Source: an uncultured virus (IMG/VR IMGVR_UViG_3300045738_001030) (lineage: Duplodnaviria > Heunggongvirae > Uroviricota > Caudoviricetes). From it: DNA of 64,000 nt. Location of the stretch: the IMG/VR virus record IMGVR_UViG_3300045738_001030, one strand, 5' to 3'. Below are positions 1 through 8,500 of the stretch, one piece after another; positions within the stretch are counted from its first letter, which is position 1; each line of letters starts with the position of its first letter. Position numbers and translations under genes: made by a program. A model generated the notes under the pieces. The model saw only the letters and a program-made list of their open reading frames with translations, was not told the origin of the DNA and ran no database searches.

Positions 1-2
1 TT

Positions 3-788
3 CAGGCGACAATGACGAATTTCAGTTACTTGTCTGATGAATGGAAAAAGAATAGTGAGGATGAACGTCTCCTTGGAGTAGATTTGTTGGGTTTTCTAGA
101 CAGCCCGTTGTTTCAAGGAGAAGACGCTGCACAAAACTTGCTTACTATTAGACGTCACGTTCGTGACACAAATCTTTACTGGTCGGAGAAATTGGGTATT
201 CGACCATCCGCAGCGTTGACATGTATTAAGCCGTCTGGGGATAGTAGCATATTTTTTGATACTGCTGCTGGTTTTAAGGGGCATCACGGGGAGTACTATA
301 TTCGGCGTGTGCGGGCTAACAGCACCAATCCGGTTGCAAAGATGCTGCGTGATGCGGGTGTTCCTACTTTCGAAGATTACGATGATAGCGGCTTGTTAGT
401 TTTAGAGTTCCCCATGCGTGCCCCCGAGGGGGGTGTTCTTCTGGAGGAGCAGTCTGCTTTGATGCAGTTAGCGAAGTGGCTTCTTTTCAAGAAGAATTGG
501 ACGGAGCATAACCCAGCAGTAACTATTTACGTTAAAGAAGATGAGTGGGATGACGTTGGAAATTGGGTTTACTCTCATTGGGACGAGGTGGGTGGTTTGA
601 GTTTCCTACCCTATTTTGGCGGTGCGTATCCTCTTGCCCCTTACGAGGCATTGGAGAAAGAAGAATATGATCAACGCATCGCGAGTTTCCCTGAGATTAA
701 CTGGTTTGATATAGTGAAGTATGAAAAGGAAGATATGACAGAGCAAACGCATCAGTATGCGTGTACTGGAGACAGATGTTCGATTTAA
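3..788 (+). CDS. nrdJ: Class II (adenosylcobalamin-dependent) ribonucleotide reductase, C-terminal part (5' truncated by window edge)
   Basis: Motifs TCIKPSG, YYIRRVR, EHNPAVT, GLSFLP and a C-terminal redox Cys pair (ACTGDRCSI); frame is open back to the window start. Confidence 0.88.
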   Translation, partial: QATMTNFSYLSDEWKKNSEDERLLGVDLLGFLDSPLFQGEDAAQNLLTIRRHVRDTNLYWSEKLGIRPSAALTCIKPSGDSSIFFDTAAGFKGHHGEYYIRRVRANSTNPVAKMLRDAGVPTFEDYDDSGLLVLEFPMRAPEGGVLLEEQSALMQLAKWLLFKKNWTEHNPAVTIYVKEDEWDDVGNWVYSHWDEVGGLSFLPYFGGAYPLAPYEALEKEEYDQRIASFPEINWFDIVKYEKEDMTEQTHQYACTGDRCSI

Positions 789-806
789 CGTAGGTCCCCC
801 CTGCGT

Positions 807-846
807 CCCGTGTCTGCACGTTTACGTGTGGGCACGGGTTTATTTT
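807..846 (+). terminator. Intrinsic terminator between convergent genes
   Basis: CCCGTGTCTGCACGT-TT-ACGTGTGGGCACGGG hairpin (with G-U pairs) followed by TTTATTTT, just after the nrdJ stop. Confidence 0.75.
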
Positions 847-1253
847 CCCAGAACGGGGGTGCGGCAGTTTATCGGCAATTTCTTTCTATCTTCTACTTCT
901 ACGTCGTAGTTAGTTCGTGTTTCTCTGAATGATGTGGCGTAAACTATACGCATGACGTTATCTGTTGCGTCATAGAATATGAGCACATGTTTTCGCATTT
1001 TGTAGTCGTAATGGATCAGTACTTTTGATTCCGTTTTTATTTTTCGCCATTCATGGACGTGGAATCTCCACTCTGGCTTTCCTGTTTTGTCGTCTAAGAT
1101 CCGCTTGAATCGCCAAAAAAGGAGCTGATCTAGGTTACGCCCCTGCCAGTCGGAGGTGTATACTCGGTTTACTTCGATAATATCGCAATTGTCTCGTCGT
1201 ACGGTATCGTGGGAGACATCCCCCATTACCGCGCATAGCATCAGAAATAACAT
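840..1253 (-). CDS. Exported hypothetical protein resembling a Planctomycetota conserved hypothetical family
   Basis: GGAGG 5 nt before ATG at 1253; hydrophobic N-terminus; motifs DIIEVN..Y, DQLLFW, WRKIK, FRETRTNYDVEVEDRKKLP recalled from Pirellulales proteins (not database-verified); only convincing minus-strand gene. Confidence 0.65.
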   Translation of the reverse strand: MLFLMLCAVMGDVSHDTVRRDNCDIIEVNRVYTSDWQGRNLDQLLFWRFKRILDDKTGKPEWRFHVHEWRKIKTESKVLIHYDYKMRKHVLIFYDATDNVMRIVYATSFRETRTNYDVEVEDRKKLPINCRTPVLGK

Positions 1254-1310
1254 AACGGCCTCCATGCCTGTTGTGGTATTATTATTTTGTATAGCGGGGT
1301 TTAATGCAAT

Positions 1311-1345
1311 TTCAAATAGTTGGTAGTATCCATGGATGGTAAAAT
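1311..1345 (+). promoter_or_regulatory. Candidate promoter, TTCAAAT-N19-TGgTAAAAT (extended -10)
   Basis: Extended -10-like TGGTAAAAT at 1337-1345 in the divergent intergenic region; same upstream heptamer and spacing as at 18476-18510. Confidence 0.4.
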
Positions 1346-1473
1346 GAAGGACACGGAAAAGAAGGAAACGGTACACGAAAAAATGACAATTCCGCACGAC
1401 GCGCTGGCAAGAATGTCCCAGCTTTTAAAGTTGCAGCAGCGGCGGGAAAAATCTGATAGCTGTTCTGATAGCA

Positions 1474-1755
1474 ATGTTAATAACGGGGATAAGTGATTGT
1501 GGTATGGTGCGAAAACATCGAGATGAAGCAGCTGCGGAGGCAGAACGAGATGATAAGCGGCGAGAAGAGCGTGAAAAGAAGCGTGATGATAAGCAAGATC
1601 ATCGTTTGGATAAGATAGAGTCCAGAACCGATAAAATCGATGCTCAGGCGCGCAAAGCGGCAGCTGTTGCCCAAAAACGCAAATGGCTTGTCATACTTAT
1701 AGTTGTCGTGCTCGGGGGAGCAGCTCTCGCGAAGAAATATTTCTTTGGAGGCTAG
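1474..1755 (+). CDS. Small coiled-coil protein with C-terminal transmembrane anchor
   Basis: Charged helical middle, then WLVILIVVVLGGAALA; start uncertain because in-frame hydrophobic codons continue upstream without an ATG. Confidence 0.6.
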   Translation: MLITGISDCGMVRKHRDEAAAEAERDDKRREEREKKRDDKQDHRLDKIESRTDKIDAQARKAAAVAQKRKWLVILIVVVLGGAALAKKYFFGG

Positions 1756-1756
1756 G

Positions 1757-2848
1757 ATGTCTAGCTTAAGGGAAATTGATGCTTATCTCTGGAGCGCAAT
1801 ACCGGAGAAAATAGACACACTGGTCGAGAAGTGTGCTGCACCTGCGTGGGATATGCGCTCGGCGACGTCTTCTGTTTATACGAAAAATGATGTGGGATAT
1901 TACTGGAATCCCCATCAGGAGAAGGCGGGAATTTATTTTCGCCCCGTATTTAATATTGAAGAGGGTGCTTGGTGTAAAGCGGCTCTTGATAGAGCAGTTG
2001 GCTCTGATCACGTGTGCAATGAAGCTCTGACTTTAGAGCAGGTTACGGGTGGTTCGTGGGTCAAAGTTGCGTATAGTCCCTCCCTTCGACGTCTCGGTGA
2101 GTACTTGAATTTCTTTCCGGAGGGCGGTAAGAAGGGTGGAAAGACATGGATGGGTATTAGTCCCAGTCCTTTAGCGGGAATGTTAACCAGCGGACTTGTG
2201 GGTTCGGGGTTGGGCTATGGGCTGGGATGGCTGGGAGAGAAACTTCTTCCGGAGAAGTGGAAGAAAGGTAGATTGAAGAAAACTTTAGCTATTTTAGGTG
2301 GCCTTGGGGGTGCTGCTCCGGGTGCGGGCTATATGCTTGCTAACTTAATGGCCGGTCAGTCTATAAATAGCAATATTTGGCAGTCGGGTCTTGACATGGA
2401 GGACGAATCGCCTAACCGGTTACTTGGGTCCGTCCTAGGGGACGAAGAAGATAAATATGCTCAGGCTTCGGATAAGTTTGTGAAAAAAGCCTTTATGGGG
2501 GCTGGTGCCTCTAATATCCCTCCTGTCAACATTAATAAATTGGGGCAGACTTTGTGGGAAGTAGGGGCGTCTCCCCAAACCGCAGCTGCTACAATGGCTA
2601 CGGCGTACGCCGCTCATCAGCTTCCCGGCGGTGTGGGACCCGGATATGTTACTCCCCGGCAAACAGGTTTATTGGGTACAATGATGGGGGCAGCTGGAGG
2701 AGGATTGAAGGGCTATGCAGTGGGGTGGGGAGTTGGAAAAGCTCTCGGGTTGCTCACAGGAATGCCTATTGGTACTCGTAAGATTCTGAATCGCGGTGGG
2801 GCCACGTTAGGAATTATTGATAGCTTGATGCCCCGTATGTTTAGGTAG
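1757..2848 (+). CDS. Glycine-zipper membrane-type protein, putative internal virion/ejection protein
   Basis: GGAGG then ATG 1757; several GxxxG helices (GLVGSGLGYGLG, GGLGGAAPGAG, GAAGGGLKGYAVGWGVG); K-x-A motifs EKCAA, VKVAY, VKKAF. Confidence 0.6.
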   Translation: MSSLREIDAYLWSAIPEKIDTLVEKCAAPAWDMRSATSSVYTKNDVGYYWNPHQEKAGIYFRPVFNIEEGAWCKAALDRAVGSDHVCNEALTLEQVTGGSWVKVAYSPSLRRLGEYLNFFPEGGKKGGKTWMGISPSPLAGMLTSGLVGSGLGYGLGWLGEKLLPEKWKKGRLKKTLAILGGLGGAAPGAGYMLANLMAGQSINSNIWQSGLDMEDESPNRLLGSVLGDEEDKYAQASDKFVKKAFMGAGASNIPPVNINKLGQTLWEVGASPQTAAATMATAYAAHQLPGGVGPGYVTPRQTGLLGTMMGAAGGGLKGYAVGWGVGKALGLLTGMPIGTRKILNRGGATLGIIDSLMPRMFR

Positions 2849-2859
2849 GAGGAAATTCG

Positions 2860-3273
2860 ATGGCTCTATATGACACATTGGAAGAAGGTATTCGAGGCGT
2901 TATTGACGCGTACAAAGAAGCGAAAGCGGATGACGACAAGATATCCTTCAACGAAGTCGTAGCGATTGTAGGCAAGTCAATTGGTTCTTTGGTTGCAATA
3001 GCCGAAAGTTTTAAGGAGCTTTCGGGCGAGGCAAAAAAGGCTGCTGTTGTGGCGGCGATTGGTACGCTTTATGACGAAGTGATCGCCCCCATTGACATCC
3101 AGAGGATTCCGAACTTCATTGAACCGATTGTTGATAAGGGTGTAAAGGCGTTGCTTCTCGCCATCAGTGATGGAATCGTTGACGGTATTGTGGCTCTCTA
3201 TAATGAGGGTGGATGGCCTACGCCGAGTACTCCAGATGATACGCCAGATGATACGCCAGATGACACGGAGTAA
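2860..3273 (+). CDS. Hypothetical amphipathic-helix protein
   Basis: AGGAGG RBS; GEAKKAAVV motif reminiscent of LL-H-type holin-like proteins; C-terminal PDDT repeats. Confidence 0.7.
   Translation: MALYDTLEEGIRGVIDAYKEAKADDDKISFNEVVAIVGKSIGSLVAIAESFKELSGEAKKAAVVAAIGTLYDEVIAPIDIQRIPNFIEPIVDKGVKALLLAISDGIVDGIVALYNEGGWPTPSTPDDTPDDTPDDTE
3232..3267 (+). repeat. 12-bp tandem repeat x3 (PDDT)
   Basis: CCAGATGATACG CCAGATGATACG CCAGATGACACG. Confidence 0.85.
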
Positions 3274-3286
3274 ATTCTGGAATTTA
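3271..3286. promoter_or_regulatory. Palindromic intergenic element TAAATTC-TG-GAATTTA (copy 1)
   Basis: Perfect 7-bp inverted repeat; identical 16-mer at 11551 and a one-mismatch copy at 31210. Confidence 0.55.
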
Positions 3287-3297
3287 AGAGATAGCTA

Positions 3298-3681
3298 ATG
3301 TCGGTACTTATTGGTGGACAGCATAACGTTGTATATTTTGGCCCTCGGAGTAATCCGAAGTGTCAGAGGTGGTGGGCAGATCATGGTTTGATTCATGTGG
3401 AGGACGCTCGCGATAACACTTTCGATAGTCTGGGTGTTCGCGAATTTCTTCACAGATTGAACGCTATTAACGATATGGTGGGTAATAGTAAGGCTACATT
3501 AGCTAGTGAGGGTTTTGCGCATCAAGACGAGATCGAACGTCAACAAAGATTTATTGAAGACGCGCTAGATCTTGTGAAACGAGCTAGAGAACAGGGAGAG
3601 CCTAGTAACCCGGATGCCGCGAAGGCCGCCAAATCACGGCGTCCGGTTACTTTGATTATGCCCGATAAACGAATGTTTTAG
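3298..3681 (+). CDS. Hypothetical protein
   Basis: 127-aa ORF tightly packed in the + strand operon. Confidence 0.75.
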   Translation: MSVLIGGQHNVVYFGPRSNPKCQRWWADHGLIHVEDARDNTFDSLGVREFLHRLNAINDMVGNSKATLASEGFAHQDEIERQQRFIEDALDLVKRAREQGEPSNPDAAKAAKSRRPVTLIMPDKRMF

Positions 3682-3693
3682 GAGATAGCAAGG

Positions 3694-4107
3694 ATGCGTT
3701 CAGCACAGGAAGCTTTTAAACTTGGTTTTCTTTCGAACTGCGTGGAGAGCGGTCTTTCAATTGGGGAAATGCGGTCACGTGTGAAGACTGCTATGGATTC
3801 ATTGGATTCGTTTGAGAAGCGAGCCCTAGCTGGTGAGCAAACGATTACCAAGTTGTTGGAGATTCTTGGTGAGGGCAGTAAATACGCGTTAGGTGCTTTA
3901 GCTTTTGCGCCTCCGGCTATTGGAGCTGCCGGGGGAATCATGGCTTCCAAGCTAACGGATGTTGACGATGAAGACGTAGCTGATGTGAAAAAAGAAGAAT
4001 TGATCGACGAATATCGCAGACAAGCACAGAAGTTGCGGCAGACTAAACAACTGAGGACTTTTCGAGATCAGTCCCAAGGAAACTTTGGTGGCGGCTTATA
4101 TCTGTGA
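3694..4107 (+). CDS. Small K-x-A/glycine-zipper protein, putative internal virion protein
   Basis: AGGAG RBS; FEKRA followed by hydrophobic ALGALAFAPPAIGAAGGIMA. Confidence 0.65.
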   Translation: MRSAQEAFKLGFLSNCVESGLSIGEMRSRVKTAMDSLDSFEKRALAGEQTITKLLEILGEGSKYALGALAFAPPAIGAAGGIMASKLTDVDDEDVADVKKEELIDEYRRQAQKLRQTKQLRTFRDQSQGNFGGGLYL

Positions 4108-4118
4108 CATGGAGATAA

Positions 4119-4526
4119 ATGCCAAATAGCTTAATTAAATTTGTTGACAAGACGGATGGTAATGGCCGGGGCCAAGTGTACTGGGGAAGGGCCGGAGTTG
4201 ATGGCTTACCTTTTCGGGGACAGGAAGCGCCTCTTCTTCGCGAAGAAGAATTTGATCAGCGTCTTGTTCGTGTAGCTGATCCTAAGAACGGAACGTTTTA
4301 CACGGGCGACGAGGAGCAGAACAAGAAATATTTAGAGGTCATGGACGGTGCCGCTAATGGATGGTTTCACGTTATGTTCATTAATCGTTGGAGAGAAGAA
4401 GACGACAAATATCATCACATATATTTGGAGTGGTTGGAGTATTTCTTAGAAGATGGTCAACCAGCCAAAGCTATAACGGCAGGAGAGAATTATGGACAGC
4501 CCCAAATGCCTCCGCTTGCTAGATAA
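4119..4526 (+). CDS. Hypothetical protein
   Basis: GGAG RBS; 135-aa ORF overlapping the next gene. Confidence 0.75.
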   Translation: MPNSLIKFVDKTDGNGRGQVYWGRAGVDGLPFRGQEAPLLREEEFDQRLVRVADPKNGTFYTGDEEQNKKYLEVMDGAANGWFHVMFINRWREEDDKYHHIYLEWLEYFLEDGQPAKAITAGENYGQPQMPPLAR

Positions 4527-5508
4527 GATAGCAACGGTTAAGGAAGCTGAAAAAGGGATAGTAGTAACTCCTACCTTTACAGATAGAAACAATGCGGTTC
4601 GGCAGGAAGCATGGGGTGATGTATTAAGGACTGGCTTGTTAGTCGGTGGTGGTGCTGCTTCGCTCCGGGGAATTCAAGGACTATTTAATCTGATCGGACG
4701 AGCAGGAGAAAGTGATGACAGCATTCGTTCGGGGATTGCACCGATGCCCGTTTCTTATCCTGTTCCACGCAAAAAAGAGGACGAAGAGGAAGAAGAGGAA
4801 CAAGAAGAACAAGAGCTTCTTGAGGAGTTTGGTAAAGCAGCGAGGCTTCTCTCGAAGCGGGCTCAAGACCCTTCACCCCCTAGCCCACGTTCGGGAACGA
4901 AGACGTTAGCTTACGACAAAAACGATTTTCCATTTTATTATCCCGGTATGCTTCTTGCGGCTTTGGGGGCAGGTTACGGTGGATGGAAGGGAATGGACTG
5001 GTTAATGGATAAACGACGTCAGGACGAGGTTCAAGACGAGTTGGATGAGGCTAAACAGGATTTCAGACAGGCACTTACCTCGCACCATACGACAAGTAGG
5101 CTTAAAGAGAAAAATGCAGCATGTTTATTGGGAGAAGAACTTGACGTTTTGTTTAATCGCGTCGAGCACCTCACGAGTTCTGAGAAGACTGCGCAGTCTT
5201 TTTCTGACGATCCCGTAGGCACTATCGGCAGGGGAATTGGTTGGCTTGGCGATCTTCCGGAAAAGAGTTACGACTGGATTACTGATCCACGAACAAAGGG
5301 GCACGGATTAGGGCTTTATGGTACTTATGCTATTCCTTCTCTTCTGTTGGGTTACTTTGCCGCCAAAGGAATGGCGGATAAATTCAGCAAAGAGAAGCTT
5401 CTAGAAGAAGCAGAGAAGCAAAGAGCTGTAACGAGAGCCCGTAAACGTCCTTCCGAGCTGTACGCGATTCCAAATCCGATTGAGTCGGACGATGATGATG
5501 AGGAATAA
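4492..5508 (+). CDS. Multi-helix glycine-zipper protein with K-x-A motifs, putative ejection protein
   Basis: AGGAG RBS; hydrophobic Gly-rich segments (GLLVGGGAASLRG, GMLLAALGAGYGG, GLGLYGTYAIPSLLLGYF) separated by DKIA, KEA, GKAA, SKRA, EKNA, EKTA. Confidence 0.65.
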   Translation: MDSPKCLRLLDKIATVKEAEKGIVVTPTFTDRNNAVRQEAWGDVLRTGLLVGGGAASLRGIQGLFNLIGRAGESDDSIRSGIAPMPVSYPVPRKKEDEEEEEEQEEQELLEEFGKAARLLSKRAQDPSPPSPRSGTKTLAYDKNDFPFYYPGMLLAALGAGYGGWKGMDWLMDKRRQDEVQDELDEAKQDFRQALTSHHTTSRLKEKNAACLLGEELDVLFNRVEHLTSSEKTAQSFSDDPVGTIGRGIGWLGDLPEKSYDWITDPRTKGHGLGLYGTYAIPSLLLGYFAAKGMADKFSKEKLLEEAEKQRAVTRARKRPSELYAIPNPIESDDDDEE

Positions 5509-5515
5509 ATGAGCT

Positions 5516-8500
5516 ATGAATATTAATATTCTTAGCGGCTCACCAACCTCTCTGCTCACGAATAATCCTGCTATCGTTCCTGAGCCCGAAAAAGAAGATC
5601 CCCGGTCATTTGGGGATATAAATGCGACACGTCGCAATATCTACAATCGTGTGTTGGAGGCAGCGGTTGGAGTCGAACCTGTTTCGAATGCGCAGTACAC
5701 ATTAGGGCTGCGGGACGTTCATTATCTAGACTCCGACTACGTCACGATAAAAGACCAGAAGAAGGCCATTTTGTCTGGCGAGTCACGTGGTCGTCGCCTG
5801 CGTGGTACGTGGGAACTGACAGACAATATTACGGGAGATGTTGTTGACCGTAAGAAGTCTGTTTTGATGACCGTACCACATCTCACAGGGCGTGGGACGT
5901 ATATTCATCGGGGCAATGAATATACTCTTCGGAACCAGCAACGTTTACGTTCTGGAGTATTTACGCGTATTAAAGACAACGGAGAAATTGAAGCTCATGC
6001 GAATGTTATGCCGGGTAAAGGACTTTCGCATCGCTATTTTCTTGATCCTGAGAAAGGTGTCTTTTACATACGAGCAGGACAAGCCAAGATTACCCTCATG
6101 CCGTTGCTCAAGATGATGGGAGCTACTCCAAAACAGTTGCAAGATGCGTGGGGATCGGAGATTTACTCCGCCAATTACCCGGCGGATGAAGCGTCCGCAT
6201 ATAAAAAGCTTGAAGCCAAGTTTTTAAGCGTCAAGGAACGTGAAAACGAGGAACTTTCGACACGTGAAAAACTCATTGCCAAGTTTGCCAACATGTCACT
6301 TGACCCCGAGGTGACCAGACGAACGCTGGGTACGCCGTATGAAGGTTTGAACTTGGATGCGATTCTAGACATCACAAAAAAACTTATCAGTGTATCTCGC
6401 GGTGAAGGTTCTGTAGATGATAGAGATGCATTGTCATTTCAGCGTGTGATGGGGCCGGAGGATTTATTTGCTGAGCGCGTGGCCAGAGATTATGGGGGTG
6501 CTCGTCGGAATATCTTATGGAAGGCTACGGGGAAAGGTAACCTAAAAAGCACTCCTTCTTCTGCTTTAAAGGCGCAAATAGAGGCTGCTTTGTTGGGATC
6601 GGGCTTGGGACAAGCATTAGAGGAGATTAATCCTGCGGAAATTTATGACAAGGCGTATTCCATTAGCCGTATGGGCGAAGGCGGTATTCCTAGCTTAGAC
6701 GCAGTCCCCGAGGAAGCTCGTAGCGTGCAGCCAAGTCATATGGGATTTATTGATCCTGTGCGCACGCCTGAATCTGCAAAGGTGGGTGTTGATCTTTACT
6801 TAGCACGCAATGTTCGCAAAGGACGTGATGGCAAGATTTATACGCAATTCATGAATCCTAAGACAGGTAGCAAGGTTTGGCGGTCTCCACAAGATATCGC
6901 AGATTTAGTTGTGGGATTTCCGGATTCGATGGATAGGCGTGGTACTCGTGCTCCCGCTATGTCGGGCGGTAAGATGGTGTGGGCAAGAAAGAAAGATATT
7001 GACCTTGTGTTGCCTGATTTTGAGGAAGCATTTAGTCCCCTTTCCAATGTCATTCCGATGAAGAGTATGATCAAGGGAGGGCGTCTTGTCATGGGTAGTC
7101 GTATGCTCACGCAGGCACTTCCCTTGGTGGGTGCAGAAGCTCCGCTAGTTCAATCAGCTATTCCCGGTACTAATGGACGTCGTAGTTATGAACAGGAATA
7201 CAGTAATCGGATGGGAAGTCGATTCGCTTCTAAGCCCGGCAAAGTATTGAAGGTAGATGACGCTGGTATCACTGTTAAATATATTGATGGTGAGACAGAG
7301 ACACTTGAACTGTATAATAACTTTCCGTTTAACAGGAAAACTTTTATTCACCAAACCCCGACACTGGGTCATGGGGATGTATTTGACAAAGGAGAGTTGT
7401 TAGCACGTTCTAACTTTACTGATGCAACAGGCACGATGGCTCTGGGTTTGAATGCTCGGACAGCATATGTATCTTGGCAAGGAAAGAATTTTGAGGATGC
7501 CATCGTAATTTCGGAAAGCTTTGCTAAGCGGTTAAAGTCAGAACATATGTACCAACACGATCTAGAGGTCGATGACAAGACTAAGATCGGAAAGAAGAAC
7601 TATATTAGCTTGTTCCCCGGCAAGTATGATAAGGCTGCGTTGTCCAAGTTAGACGAAAATGGGGTTATAGAGCCCGGAACTACCGTTGAGTATGGAGATC
7701 CTCTCGTCTTGGCTGTGGGTAGACGAGAAACGGCTTATAATAAAGTCCACAGGAAAGGACAGGCTGGTCATGCAGACGCAAGTATCTTATGGGATCATCA
7801 CGATCCCGGGGTTGTTACCGATGTTGAGTTGGGGAAGAAGGGGCCGGTTGTCGTCGTTAAAAGCTACAGCGACATGCAAGTTGGAGATAAGCTCTCGGGA
7901 CGTTATGGAGATAAAGGCATCGTTGCTGATATCATCTCAGATGACCAAATGCCGCACGATCAAGACGGTAAGCCCTTTGAAGTTCTCCTCAGCCCCCTTG
8001 GAATAATCACGCGTACTAACCCTGCGCAAATGGCGGAGCTTTATCTCGGTAAAATTGCCGAGAAGCGTGGGGAACCTATAAAGATCCAAGATTTTGATAC
8101 GTCGAAAGACATGTCTCAGTGGGTTTATGACTGGCTACGTCGTGAGGGGCTGTCCGACTTAGACGATATTTACGATCCTACTCATGATCGTAAGATTACT
8201 CAGATTGCAACGGGTAATAGATTTTTTATGAAACTGCACCACACTGCCGAGTCTAAAGGGCAGGCGAGAGGTGCGGGGGCATATTCTGCTGAGGGGGCCC
8301 CCGCAAAGGGAGGCGCTTCCGGTTCTAAGAGAATGGCTCTTCTTGATACTAATGCTTTGTTGTCTCACGGGGCTACAGAAACTTTACAGGATGTGGGGGC
8401 AATACGTGGTCAGCGTAATGAGAATTACTGGCTCCAGTTTATGTCCGGGGTCAATCCAAGTAACCCTAAAGTTCCCATGGTCTACAGGAAGTTTTTGAAT

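Noticed and set aside
1383..1496. 37-codon ORF (MTIPHDALARMSQLLK...) upstream of 1474
   Set aside because: Too short to support and overlaps the likely N-terminal extension of the 1474 gene; the true start here remains unresolved
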